A DNA stretch of 64,000 nt from Candidatus Pacebacteria bacterium CG2_30_36_39 (GTDB lineage: Bacteria > Patescibacteriota > Microgenomatia > UBA1400 > PJMF01): contig MNZB01000004.1 in the NCBI GenBank assembly GCA_001873435.1, positions 14,030 to 78,029 of the forward strand, given 5' to 3'. Numbering within the stretch: the first letter of the stretch is position 1; each line of letters starts with the position of its first letter. Below the pieces are notes generated by a model. The model did not search any database. It worked only from the letters and a program-made list of their open reading frames with translations, and was not told the DNA's origin. Made by a program: the position numbers and the translations under genes. This document shows positions 10,153 through 19,059 of this stretch, piece by piece.

Positions 10153-11139
10153 TTATTTGCCCAATTTTTCAGCGTTTAAATTTGTAAAGTAGGTAAAATA
10201 ATCACCATCCAAAGGAGCATTGGTAGGAACAAAAGTTTCCTCAGTTCTAGCCACAGTCTTTCCAGGAATAACTGTCTCAACAACTTTATTTTCAGCTAAC
10301 TTCATTACACTTCTGGCAGTGAAACTTGGCATAATAGCTGGATCGATTGATCTAGCACCATCATCTTCAAGTAAAATTTGACCTGTTGATAATAAAAATG
10401 GCTTGCCTTCAACAATTCCTAGTTTGGCTAATTTTTCTGGAGAATAATTACCAACCCATTTGCCTAAGCGTTCACCCCAAAGCTTTAAAGAATTAACTTG
10501 AGCATTTGGAGTATGTAAAGCAACTTCACCTGTTTGGTCATAAACCCAATATTCCATTTCGATTTCGGCAATTTCTGACCAATCATTTACTTGAACCCAA
10601 GTAGTAGATAAACCAGAAGATCCTCCATTTTCAATACCACTAGTCCATGTTTTATATGTTCTGCCGGTATCATCTAAACGAGGAGTTCTATCACCAAAAT
10701 CAACCAAGGTACCAATATATAAAGGCTTCATTACTCCATTTTCTAGAACACCAACCACAGCTGCCTCAGCCTCTAAAACGTATTGTTTTTGACCCTCAAT
10801 CATACAAAGAGCTTCTGTTGAAGCAGTATCGTGAGCTTTTGGCAAAGGCTCGATATGAGGATTTGGTTTTGAAGTAGCAATATTAAAATGCATTAAATAT
10901 CCATGCTCTGGCAAAAATTCACCTCGAGTTTGATATTGCAAAGAATCATCACTACCTACCACCAAAACTATATCTAATGGCTTAAGCAACTCTTCTAATC
11001 TGCGATGTAAATCTGGTCTAGAAAATAGTTGAGTAGCTTTTAAATGAGATAAATCAATTTCTTTGGAAATTAAATCTATTCCAGATAATTTTTCATCTTT
11101 TTCTAGAAATTCTAAATCGATAATGATTGTTTCTTTCAT
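10153..11139 (-). CDS. hypothetical protein (acidic, Trp-rich)
   Basis: 328-aa ORF with a 1-nt gap to the downstream gene, in the operon. No recognisable motif. Confidence 0.45.
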   Translation of the reverse strand: MKETIIIDLEFLEKDEKLSGIDLISKEIDLSHLKATQLFSRPDLHRRLEELLKPLDIVLVVGSDDSLQYQTRGEFLPEHGYLMHFNIATSKPNPHIEPLPKAHDTASTEALCMIEGQKQYVLEAEAAVVGVLENGVMKPLYIGTLVDFGDRTPRLDDTGRTYKTWTSGIENGGSSGLSTTWVQVNDWSEIAEIEMEYWVYDQTGEVALHTPNAQVNSLKLWGERLGKWVGNYSPEKLAKLGIVEGKPFLLSTGQILLEDDGARSIDPAIMPSFTARSVMKLAENKVVETVIPGKTVARTEETFVPTNAPLDGDYFTYFTNLNAEKLGK

Positions 11140-11163
11140 ATAATCGTTCCTTTTAAGAATTCT

Positions 11164-12795
11164 TTAATGAGTTCCTGAGGCGACTCTTTGAGCGTGAACA
11201 GCCATTGTGTCGCTAGAATTTTGTAATGAACCAACTACGTTTACGTACTCTGGCAATCTCATTCCATCTCTGTGTCTATCAACATCGTGGAGAGTACCAA
11301 TAATACGACCACCTGGTTTAACTAACCTACTGGCTTCCTCAAAAATCTTACAAACTTGATGTCCACCTTCACAACAATCAGCAGCTGATGTTTGAACAAC
11401 TACCATGTCATAAAGTGGTTCTTCATAAAATTCACCAATTGGAATATTACCCAAGTCTTCAACGTTGCGGAAACGAACGTTCATAGCACGCATACCATTT
11501 AGAGCCTGCATGATGAAAGCTTGCTTACCTCTACCATGACTCATGATGTCAATACGACGAAGTGGATTTTTACCATCCTTGGCATTAGCAGCAGATAAAA
11601 TATTTGCTTCTTTATGACAACCAATGAATAAAACTCTTTGACGAGGATTTTCTCTTAGTTCGGCTAGAGCTTCAGCAATATTAGAGTCAGGAGTATGATC
11701 TTGTTTTCTCCATTCCTCATACTTTTCTTGGAAGAGAGATTCTACTTTATTCCAATCTAAAGATAGAACTTCAGCAGTATCTCTAATTCCTAAGGCACCT
11801 AAAACAAAAGCTTTTAATGGATAAAAGGTATTGTGACCAGCATCAGTCACTAAACTATAATCTCCAACCCAACTATTTACTTTAGCTTGAGCTGCAATTA
11901 CTGATCCCTCTCCAACATACATAGTTCTATAAAGAACTTTGGCTTCTTTAGCTACCCAAGCCCAATCACCAATAGTGACACCTGGGAAACTAGTATATTG
12001 ACGGACACGAGCAAGTTGAGAAGGTAGATCGGCTGGATGTTCTTGAGTAATAAAGTAGGCTTTTTGACCAACCCAAGCATTATCACCAATTTTTAAAGTT
12101 TCACCACCTTGTACGTTAAAGGCACCGCCAATACGAGCATAGCGACCAATAGAAACTCTAGGAATAGCACTCATTGGACCCATTGAAGAATCCATTTCTG
12201 GATGAGCAGAAGTGTTGTAACCAGAACTCTGAAAATGAGTAGGAAGAATAGCTTCAAAACCACGGCCAACATCAGTTGGAAGCATTTGTGAGCCACCTCT
12301 TAGCATATCAAAACTTAATGGATTGCCACTTGGACTAATTGTTTTTCCAGATTCTTCCAAAGGATGGACATGTAAAATAGGACCAGTAGTATCAATATAA
12401 AAATGTTCTTCTGGTAAGTTAAAAGCTGCTCTGAGTTCTCCGAGTTTTTCTTTCCAAAGAGCTGCCATGGCAATTTCATCGGTAAAGGTTTTAGCTTTGC
12501 TACCAATTTTCTTTAAATCAGCACAGATCATGGCCCAAGCATAGGCTGGGGTCATGTCACCCAAATGCAAAGCACCTTGAACAAACATTGCTACTTCAGC
12601 ATCAAATGGACGAGTGTATTCTGCCGGTTGATGCTCTTCAAAAACTACTGGTCTAGTAAGACCAAGTTCTTGAGCTAATTTCATTTGGTTGGAGGGATCA
12701 CGGTCGATAATTTGACCCGCAGGATTAATAGCCAGGACTTCACCTTGGCCTAATCGTCTATGAACTTCTTCTGTGTGTTCTGCCTTTTTTGCCAT
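11164..12795 (-). CDS. hypothetical multi-domain protein: N-terminal unknown domain, central left-handed beta-helix (hexapeptide-repeat) region, C-terminal class-I methyltransferase-like fold
   Basis: Hexapeptide-like periodicity in SIGRYARIGGAFNVQGGETLKIGDNAWVG...VTIGDWAWVAKEAKV...VGEGSVIAAQAKVN. The C-terminus has VLFIGCHKEA (degenerate motif I), YDMVVVQTSAAD (motif II-like) and LVKPGGRIIG (motif III). Start taken at ATG 12795 (MAKKAEH); the track starts at an upstream TTG. Confidence 0.5.
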   Translation of the reverse strand: MAKKAEHTEEVHRRLGQGEVLAINPAGQIIDRDPSNQMKLAQELGLTRPVVFEEHQPAEYTRPFDAEVAMFVQGALHLGDMTPAYAWAMICADLKKIGSKAKTFTDEIAMAALWKEKLGELRAAFNLPEEHFYIDTTGPILHVHPLEESGKTISPSGNPLSFDMLRGGSQMLPTDVGRGFEAILPTHFQSSGYNTSAHPEMDSSMGPMSAIPRVSIGRYARIGGAFNVQGGETLKIGDNAWVGQKAYFITQEHPADLPSQLARVRQYTSFPGVTIGDWAWVAKEAKVLYRTMYVGEGSVIAAQAKVNSWVGDYSLVTDAGHNTFYPLKAFVLGALGIRDTAEVLSLDWNKVESLFQEKYEEWRKQDHTPDSNIAEALAELRENPRQRVLFIGCHKEANILSAANAKDGKNPLRRIDIMSHGRGKQAFIMQALNGMRAMNVRFRNVEDLGNIPIGEFYEEPLYDMVVVQTSAADCCEGGHQVCKIFEEASRLVKPGGRIIGTLHDVDRHRDGMRLPEYVNVVGSLQNSSDTMAVHAQRVASGTH

Positions 12796-12853
12796 AATTC
12801 TCTCTTTTCTCCCCAATTAGTAATATTTGAGCAGTGCGAGAAGAAAAAAAAGG

Positions 12854-12898
12854 ATTATAGTCCTTTCATAATGAATTGTCAATACTTTATATAGGATA
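12854..12898 (-). promoter_or_regulatory. near-consensus sigma70 promoter (TTGACA-17-TATAAT) with upstream TATCCTATA element; drives the 11164..6507 operon
   Basis: Minus strand reads TATCCTATATAAAGTATTGACAattcattatgaaaggacTATAATcc. The -35 is at 12877..12882, the -10 at 12854..12859 and TATCCTATA at 12890..12898. Confidence 0.55.
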
Positions 12899-13233
12899 TA
12901 TATATTATCAATACCAGATCTGAAAAAAACATAAAAATAAATTATTACAAGATCTTTGAAAGACTAATAGTAATGTTTTTATTAAAATATAAGTCTATCA
13001 ATTATTTGTAAATAACAAAATAAAGGCCCATAATGAGAGTGTTAAATGTTTTCTACAGTAGCGTTCGCACTCGCTTATGGAATCATCTAACAAAATCCCT
13101 GCCTCATGGCAAGAAAGGAGACCATCATTGGAAAACTTCATTTGTCACCAATCTTTGCTTCTTGGTAATCCAAAACAAATCAATTCAGCATGCATGGGAG
13201 AGAACACAACGCCTCCCCCTATTTTCATATAAC

Positions 13234-14349
13234 TCAACTATTTATTATTTTTTCCCAACTATATTTTTCATTACCAAAATGCCCATAAACAGCAGTCTGC
13301 TTATAAATTGGTTGTTTTAAATTTAAATAATTAATTGTTCCAGCCACAGACAAATCAATTAGTTCTTTGGCAAATTTTTCTATTTTTTTATCACTAACTT
13401 TGGCTGTGCCAAAAGTCTCTATCTCCAACATAACTGGTTTTTGTGCTCCAATAAAATATGCCAAACGTACTTCAGCTTTTTTAGCTAAATTATTTCCAAC
13501 AATATTTTTAGCAATAAACCTAGCTGCATAAGCACCAGATCTATCAACTTTACTAGGATCTTTACCAGAAAATGCTCCCCCACCTACCCTGGCAAAACCA
13601 CCATATGTATCTACCACTATTTTTCTTCCAGTTACTCCAGTATCTGAGGCTGGACCACCTATATACCAAGCCCCAGTACCATTAACTACTAATTGATTTT
13701 TATTAATTGAAAAACCATAAAATTCTAATACTGGCAAAACTACTTGTTGATATAAATCATTTTTTACATCTACAAGTTTCATACTCTTTTGGTGCGGTAC
13801 AGCCAAAACTACTTGGACAATACCAACTGGTTTATCATTTTCATATTGAACACTAACTTGAGTTTTTCCATCTGGCCTAAGATATGAAAGTTGCTTACTT
13901 TCTCTAACACAATCTATTTTTTCAGCCAATTTATGTGCTAACTCTATTGGAAGTGGCATAAGATTTTTTGTGTCCTGACAAGCATAGCCAAACATCATTC
14001 CCTGATCTCCAGCTCCAGCACTATCAACTCCTATGGCAATTTCTGGAGACTGATTGTGAATATAGACATTTATTGGAGATAAATTAGTAAAACCAAGGAA
14101 CCACTTAGTAAATCCAAGTCTCTTGATTTCTTCTCTGGCAATTAATTCATAATTTGGTTTTTCACCAAGACAAGTAACTTCTCCAGCCATCACCACTTGA
14201 TTTGCTGTTACTAGGGTTTCTACAGCAACCCTTCCATTAGGATCCTGCTTAAGAACAGCATCAACTACTGCATCAGATATTTGATCACAGATCTTATCAG
14301 GGTGACCAGCACAGACTGATTCTGAAGTAAAAATATATGATTGTGGCAT
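13234..14349 (-). CDS. metK: S-adenosylmethionine synthetase
   Basis: GHPDKICDQISDAVVDA and other MetK blocks. Start taken at MPQSY (14349) because GAGGAG lies 9 nt upstream; the upstream in-frame Met at 14367 lies inside the RBS. Confidence 0.95.
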   Translation of the reverse strand: MPQSYIFTSESVCAGHPDKICDQISDAVVDAVLKQDPNGRVAVETLVTANQVVMAGEVTCLGEKPNYELIAREEIKRLGFTKWFLGFTNLSPINVYIHNQSPEIAIGVDSAGAGDQGMMFGYACQDTKNLMPLPIELAHKLAEKIDCVRESKQLSYLRPDGKTQVSVQYENDKPVGIVQVVLAVPHQKSMKLVDVKNDLYQQVVLPVLEFYGFSINKNQLVVNGTGAWYIGGPASDTGVTGRKIVVDTYGGFARVGGGAFSGKDPSKVDRSGAYAARFIAKNIVGNNLAKKAEVRLAYFIGAQKPVMLEIETFGTAKVSDKKIEKFAKELIDLSVAGTINYLNLKQPIYKQTAVYGHFGNEKYSWEKIINS

Positions 14350-14351
14350 AA

Positions 14352-14503
14352 AAAAAACTCCTCTCAATAATTAAGGAGGAGTTACTTATTTTTTTTGCCT
14401 ATTTCGGCCACATCATTCCCCCTTAAGCGAACTAGCACCGTATCCTTTGCCAAAAGGCTCGGTTGCTGGACAATGTATAAACATTGCCACTCTTGATGTT
14501 GAG
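14352..14503 (-). promoter_or_regulatory. SAM-I-clan (S-box-like, possibly SAM-I/IV variant) riboswitch leader with terminator hairpin overlapping the metK RBS and start codon
   Basis: Minus-strand RNA CUCAACAUCAAGAGUGGCAAUGUUUAUACAUUGUCCAGCAACCGAGCCUUUUGGCAAAGGAUACGGUGCUAGUUCGCUUAAGGGGGAAUGAUGUGG contains the S-box signatures AUCAAGAG, GCAACC and GGUGCUA plus a closing P1 (CAACAUC/GAUGUGG). It is followed by AACUCCUCC-uuaauuauuga-GAGGAGUU-UUUUUUUU(AUG). P2 is a simple hairpin without the classic GGAGGGA/GGCCC kink-turn, so the subtype is uncertain. Confidence 0.55.
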
Positions 14504-14538
14504 AAAAATTATATCAGACTAATATTTATTTGCACAGC

Positions 14539-15762
14539 TTAGTGCTGAAGAACGTTATGAATTTTTGCTTTAACCTGCTCGATTAAACTAGGATCTTTGA
14601 GATATCTGGCTGCAAATATAGCTGTCAAAATTAAGGTAATTGCTCCAAATAAATATGGTGACTGAGCACCAAGCTCTGCATAAATAATAGTACCGACAAT
14701 AGGACCAATCATACGAGCAATACTACCAACAGATTGACTAATACCCATAATGTTTCCTTGCTCATCGTCTGGTGAAAGTTTAGAAACCAAACCAGCAAGA
14801 ATTGGATTAGAAATACCATTAGCAAAAGCAAGTAAGGTAATGGCAACTAATAAAAATGGAATATTACCACCAAATGCTACCAATAATAGAGATATTGCCA
14901 TCATTAATATTCCTATTACTACTATCTTATTTTCTGGAATTAAACGAATTATTCTCTTGAGTAAAAATAGCTGGATAATTATTCCAACCAAACCAAGATA
15001 AGCAAAAAGATAACCATTTTGTTCTGCAGATAAATGCAGAGTATGTTCGGTAAATAAAGCAAATGTTCCTTGCAATAAAGAAAATGCTAACATCATAAAA
15101 AAGCTGATAGTGACAACTATGCCAACGTTGGGATGAGTTAAAACCTCATAGATTTCTTTAAAACTAAAAAATGCTCTTCTCTTTTTTTGAGGCAATATAC
15201 CTAAAATCTTTTTTTCTTTAATTGATTCTGGCAAGTAGAAATATGTTAGAACTGTGGCTATTAATGAAACCCCAGCAGCAACATAAGCAGGGACTGAATA
15301 ACCAAAACGAGACAGCAAGCCACCGGTAGCCGGACCAAGAATAAAACCCAAGCTCAATGCCGCCATTAAAAAACCCATTCCTTGGGTGCGATTCTCTTTA
15401 GAGGTAATATCTGCTACGTATGCTTGAGCAGTAGAAATGTTTCCACCAGAAGCACCATCAATAATGCGAGAAATAAATAATAGTGGTAGTGACTTGGCTA
15501 AACCCAAAAGAATAAATGAGATAGTAGTTCCGGCAAGAGAAAAAATAAGAATTGGTCTACGACCTACTTTATCTGAAAGCTCACCTAATATAGGTGCTGC
15601 CAACAACTGAAAAAGTGAGTATGTAGCAGATAATAAACCGATAGCAATAACTCCAGCACCCAAACTTTCAACATAATATGGGAGTAACGGCAAAATAATT
15701 CCAAAACCCAAAAAGTTGGTAAAAACAATTAAAAAAATAATCCACATTCTTTTATCAAGCAT
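14539..15762 (-). CDS. MFS multidrug-efflux-type transporter (DHA1/TetA-like)
   Basis: The N-terminus LGFGIILPLLPYYVESLGAG...LFQLLAAPILGELSDKVGRRPIL is the classic MFS motif A. Twelve predicted TM helices. Confidence 0.85.
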   Translation of the reverse strand: MLDKRMWIIFLIVFTNFLGFGIILPLLPYYVESLGAGVIAIGLLSATYSLFQLLAAPILGELSDKVGRRPILIFSLAGTTISFILLGLAKSLPLLFISRIIDGASGGNISTAQAYVADITSKENRTQGMGFLMAALSLGFILGPATGGLLSRFGYSVPAYVAAGVSLIATVLTYFYLPESIKEKKILGILPQKKRRAFFSFKEIYEVLTHPNVGIVVTISFFMMLAFSLLQGTFALFTEHTLHLSAEQNGYLFAYLGLVGIIIQLFLLKRIIRLIPENKIVVIGILMMAISLLLVAFGGNIPFLLVAITLLAFANGISNPILAGLVSKLSPDDEQGNIMGISQSVGSIARMIGPIVGTIIYAELGAQSPYLFGAITLILTAIFAARYLKDPSLIEQVKAKIHNVLQH

Positions 15763-15865
15763 ATGTTTCTCTAAAAATAAGTTTTCGGAAAATAATAAAT
15801 CTTAGGTAAGTTGATCCGAAGACAGCATTATACAGCGTCTATATTTGTAAAAATAGTGATTAAGA

Positions 15866-16657
15866 TTACCATTTAATTTTAATTAAATCAGATAATTCTT
15901 TTTTTGATTCTTTTGATGTTAGATCAAGACTCACTGGAGTAACTGAAATGCGTTCATTTTCCAAGGCATTAAGATCTGTGCCATTTGGATATCCCTTGGT
16001 ATTGGGTGGGGAACCTATATGTCTATATTTTTCTCCTTGCTTTGCAAAGAGCTTGCCATACTTATCTCTAGCAATATCAGTAACTTCACAAGGAGTATTC
16101 ATATCAGCTGCAAAAGGAATGTTGACTGAAATTAAATCAACATCATCCTTTAAATTTGCATTAATAGTAATTTCAACTAATTTGGCAGTGATCTTGGCTG
16201 GATTTTCATAAATATGATAAAAAGCTCGATCAAAATAATTAATTTCTTTATCATGATCCCAGGTTAAATGCAGTGATGATGCCAAGGCTTTTGTACCATC
16301 AATGGCTGCTTCCATTGCAGCTCCGGCAGTTCCAGAACTTAATATTCTTCCATGTCCAGCATTAAGACCAATGTTTATTCCTGAAACAACAAATTTTGGT
16401 CTACTAGGAGCTAAATCATAAAGACCAAGCTGTACGCAATCAGCTGGAGTACCACTAACTGCATATACTTCAAATTCTTCTAGTTTAACCTTATTTACTT
16501 CAAGGTCGTTGTAGCAAGTGATTGCCTTTCCCTGCCAACTTCTCTTGCGATCTGGAGCAACAGCAATTACATTAAATTTTTTTGCTAATTCCCTGAGTAA
16601 AGGATAAAAACCTATAGCTTGATATCCATCATCGTTAGTTAAAAGTATGTCGATCAT
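15866..16657 (-). CDS. surE: 5'/3'-nucleotidase SurE
   Basis: N-terminal MIDILLTNDDGY is the SurE signature. Length about 260 aa. Confidence 0.9.
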   Translation of the reverse strand: MIDILLTNDDGYQAIGFYPLLRELAKKFNVIAVAPDRKRSWQGKAITCYNDLEVNKVKLEEFEVYAVSGTPADCVQLGLYDLAPSRPKFVVSGINIGLNAGHGRILSSGTAGAAMEAAIDGTKALASSLHLTWDHDKEINYFDRAFYHIYENPAKITAKLVEITINANLKDDVDLISVNIPFAADMNTPCEVTDIARDKYGKLFAKQGEKYRHIGSPPNTKGYPNGTDLNALENERISVTPVSLDLTSKESKKELSDLIKIKW

Positions 16658-16677
16658 AATTAAATTATAGTCTAAGT

Positions 16678-17346
16678 TTATTTGATAATAGTTAATAAAT
16701 CAGTAAAAATTAAATTAATAATCTGTTTTTTTTGTTCATTAGTACTGTGAGTTGGAATTTCTGGAACCAACATTCTTTTTCCAGGTTTATATAGTTGTAC
16801 ATATTCGCTTAAACACCCCATGGCTTCTTTGAAACCAGGTTTATTAGTTGAAAAATATCCATTTACAAACTCAGTTCCAAGTTCTGGATCTTTTGGGTCA
16901 TCAATTCCATTTAAAACATTAATATTAAAATCATTTAACTTTTCAACAAAAGATTGCCACTTACTATTTTCTATCTCTCCATTGTCATATAAATAAAAAT
17001 CCTTATATTCAACGTCCTCATGAATAGATAAAAATGTTTTGAAATCAAATTGATTTATTATTAAAAGATTATCAATAGCTTCTTGTTCTGTTGCATTTTT
17101 TAAAAATTGACGGTTAAGATCTAAATTATTAATATTTCTTCTGGTTTTTTTCTCAACGGCAGAAGGACTTACTTTGGCTACATAAATAAAATCTGGAAGT
17201 TCTTTATAATGATTTTCAATATACTCCATAGTTGGCTCAATAACTCTCCATTCATCTCCATGTGTACCAGTATGAATAAGCAGCTCAGGATTTTCACCTT
17301 TTTGCCAATATGTAATCAGTCCAAGTTGTTTATTTTGTAGTTCCAC
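16678..17346 (-). CDS. M14-like zinc carboxypeptidase / AstE-AspA family hydrolase
   Basis: HTGTHGDEW (HxxE zinc ligands) and NLDLNRQF (DxNRNF-type signature). Confidence 0.6.
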   Translation of the reverse strand: MELQNKQLGLITYWQKGENPELLIHTGTHGDEWRVIEPTMEYIENHYKELPDFIYVAKVSPSAVEKKTRRNINNLDLNRQFLKNATEQEAIDNLLIINQFDFKTFLSIHEDVEYKDFYLYDNGEIENSKWQSFVEKLNDFNINVLNGIDDPKDPELGTEFVNGYFSTNKPGFKEAMGCLSEYVQLYKPGKRMLVPEIPTHSTNEQKKQIINLIFTDLLTIIK

Positions 17347-17367
17347 TTTTTATGTTTCTTTCAATTT

Positions 17368-17664
17368 TTATAAAGCCAAACCAAAGCTTGGATCTTTCGC
17401 ATAACGATAGGCAATTGATTTTACTTGATCTGTTGTGTCGGCGACTGTTGCCACCCACTTAGGCCAAATTCTAATATTTGGATTTAATCTAGAAGTTCTT
17501 CTATTAAATTCTTCCTCAGGAAATTCTCCTATTAATTTGACAATAATTCTGTTGCCTATTATCCCATCTGGAACAATGTTTTCAGTAAAACCAATTTCTC
17601 GTAATAACCTAATTAGTTCTTCAGTTTTATGATTAACTATTTCTGGATTATAAGTTTCTAACAT
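17368..17664 (-). CDS. hypothetical protein
   Basis: 98-aa ORF in the co-directional gene run. No motif recognised. Confidence 0.4.
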   Translation of the reverse strand: MLETYNPEIVNHKTEELIRLLREIGFTENIVPDGIIGNRIIVKLIGEFPEEEFNRRTSRLNPNIRIWPKWVATVADTTDQVKSIAYRYAKDPSFGLAL

Positions 17665-17697
17665 TAATTAATTTATTCTAATAAAATATTAAATATT

Positions 17698-18144
17698 TTA
17701 CTGCCTTAAATATTCACGATAAGCAGCTATTATTTTTGGTTGATCAAACGGTAAATCATCTAGTCTTGGATCATCTAGATCAACCCAAGCATAATCACCA
17801 ACATATTTGGGATTCATTCTAACTTCTTCTGTAGTTTTTGCTTTACATGAAAAAGCAACTGTTTCATCAACTAATTTATCATCGCTGATGGGAATTCTGA
17901 CTAATGGCTTAACATCTTCAATATTTAAACCAGTATCTACTTTGACTTCATCATAAACACCTTCTTCTGGTGTTTGACCAAATTTTGCAGAAGCACCAGT
18001 GCCACTAGGAAAAGCCCAACCAGGATTTCTTTTAATTCTATAAACCAATAAAATTTTACCCTCGTCATTTCTCACCACAGCAGCAATAACCTTAAATTTT
18101 TTATTTTCAGTTTCTTTATCTTTGATTTGTACAAATTTTTCCAT
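17698..18144 (-). CDS. NUDIX-like hydrolase (divergent Nudix box)
   Basis: VIAAVVRNDEGKILLVYR...GWAFPSGTGASAKFGQTPEEGVYDEVKVDTGL resembles GX5EX7REuXEExGu, with substitutions. Confidence 0.45.
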   Translation of the reverse strand: MEKFVQIKDKETENKKFKVIAAVVRNDEGKILLVYRIKRNPGWAFPSGTGASAKFGQTPEEGVYDEVKVDTGLNIEDVKPLVRIPISDDKLVDETVAFSCKAKTTEEVRMNPKYVGDYAWVDLDDPRLDDLPFDQPKIIAAYREYLRQ

Positions 18145-18149
18145 ATTTT

Positions 18150-19019
18150 TTAACCAGTCTTTTCTTCAATATCTTTTTCTTTTGCCTTAATCATATAACC
18201 ACCAAACAAACCAACCGCCCAACGCTTTAAAAAATCCTTTACTGACATTGTTTTAGACATACCTCCATTATGATTACTGGTCTCAGGATCATCATAGGTA
18301 ACTATACCATCTTTTACTCCAGTTAAAATAATTTCATGGAGAGTATTTTTGAGAAGACTGGATTCAACAAAACAAACAACAAAACAAGCAAATTGATCTT
18401 GTGTTTCTCTAGCTACTTCTTGCATCATCTTTACTAAATCAACAAAGTCACAACCCATAAATTCTTGACTGGAAAAATCTATTTCTGGAAATTGAGAAGC
18501 AAAAGATGAAGTGTTAACTAGTTTTAAAAAATTAATAAAATCATAGTCTCTTTCTCCTACAGCAATTTTTGATTTTTCTGTTTTACCAACATGAATAAGA
18601 GAAGACGAAAGCTGATGTTCAGAAATATTTACTTCATCGGTCAAACAACCTAAGAAAGTAGTTGCGTTAGCTACAGAACAAGATCTTGGTTCTTCTTGAG
18701 TAAAAATTCTTTCTGGAACTAAAATACCGTCTTCTTCCCCAATAGTTTCTTCACTAACTCTTGCTACTAGCTCAGCATCTTCACCAACTATTCTCATTCT
18801 GTTTAAGAAATCATTTCTTTGGGCATGTGGATTTGCTTCAATTTCTTTAATAATTCTGGGAAGCAACGATCCATTGTGACGTGGAGTCTGGATGACTTGA
18901 TCTATTTCTTTGGCAGCAGATAATAACCAATTTGGTATATCAACTTCTGCCAGAGGCTCTCTAGCTTTCACTATTTTAATTACTATTTCACCAGCATTCA
19001 TATGTTTATCATAAGACAT
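18150..19019 (-). CDS. C39-like (C39_2/BtrH-like) peptidase domain protein
   Basis: Cys block PRSCSVANATTFLGCL and His block HEIILTGVKDGIVTYDDPE (compare GHyvvvtGyd...DP). Confidence 0.45.
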   Translation of the reverse strand: MSYDKHMNAGEIVIKIVKAREPLAEVDIPNWLLSAAKEIDQVIQTPRHNGSLLPRIIKEIEANPHAQRNDFLNRMRIVGEDAELVARVSEETIGEEDGILVPERIFTQEEPRSCSVANATTFLGCLTDEVNISEHQLSSSLIHVGKTEKSKIAVGERDYDFINFLKLVNTSSFASQFPEIDFSSQEFMGCDFVDLVKMMQEVARETQDQFACFVVCFVESSLLKNTLHEIILTGVKDGIVTYDDPETSNHNGGMSKTMSVKDFLKRWAVGLFGGYMIKAKEKDIEEKTG

Positions 19020-19059
19020 TTTAGAAGCTGATCAACAATGAAGATTTTTTATCAATAAA

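Noticed and set aside
13033-13320. 95-aa plus-strand ORF between the operon promoter and metK
   Set aside because: It lies across the metK terminator/intergenic region and overlaps the metK 3' end on the opposite strand. Its composition is low-complexity and there is no RBS.
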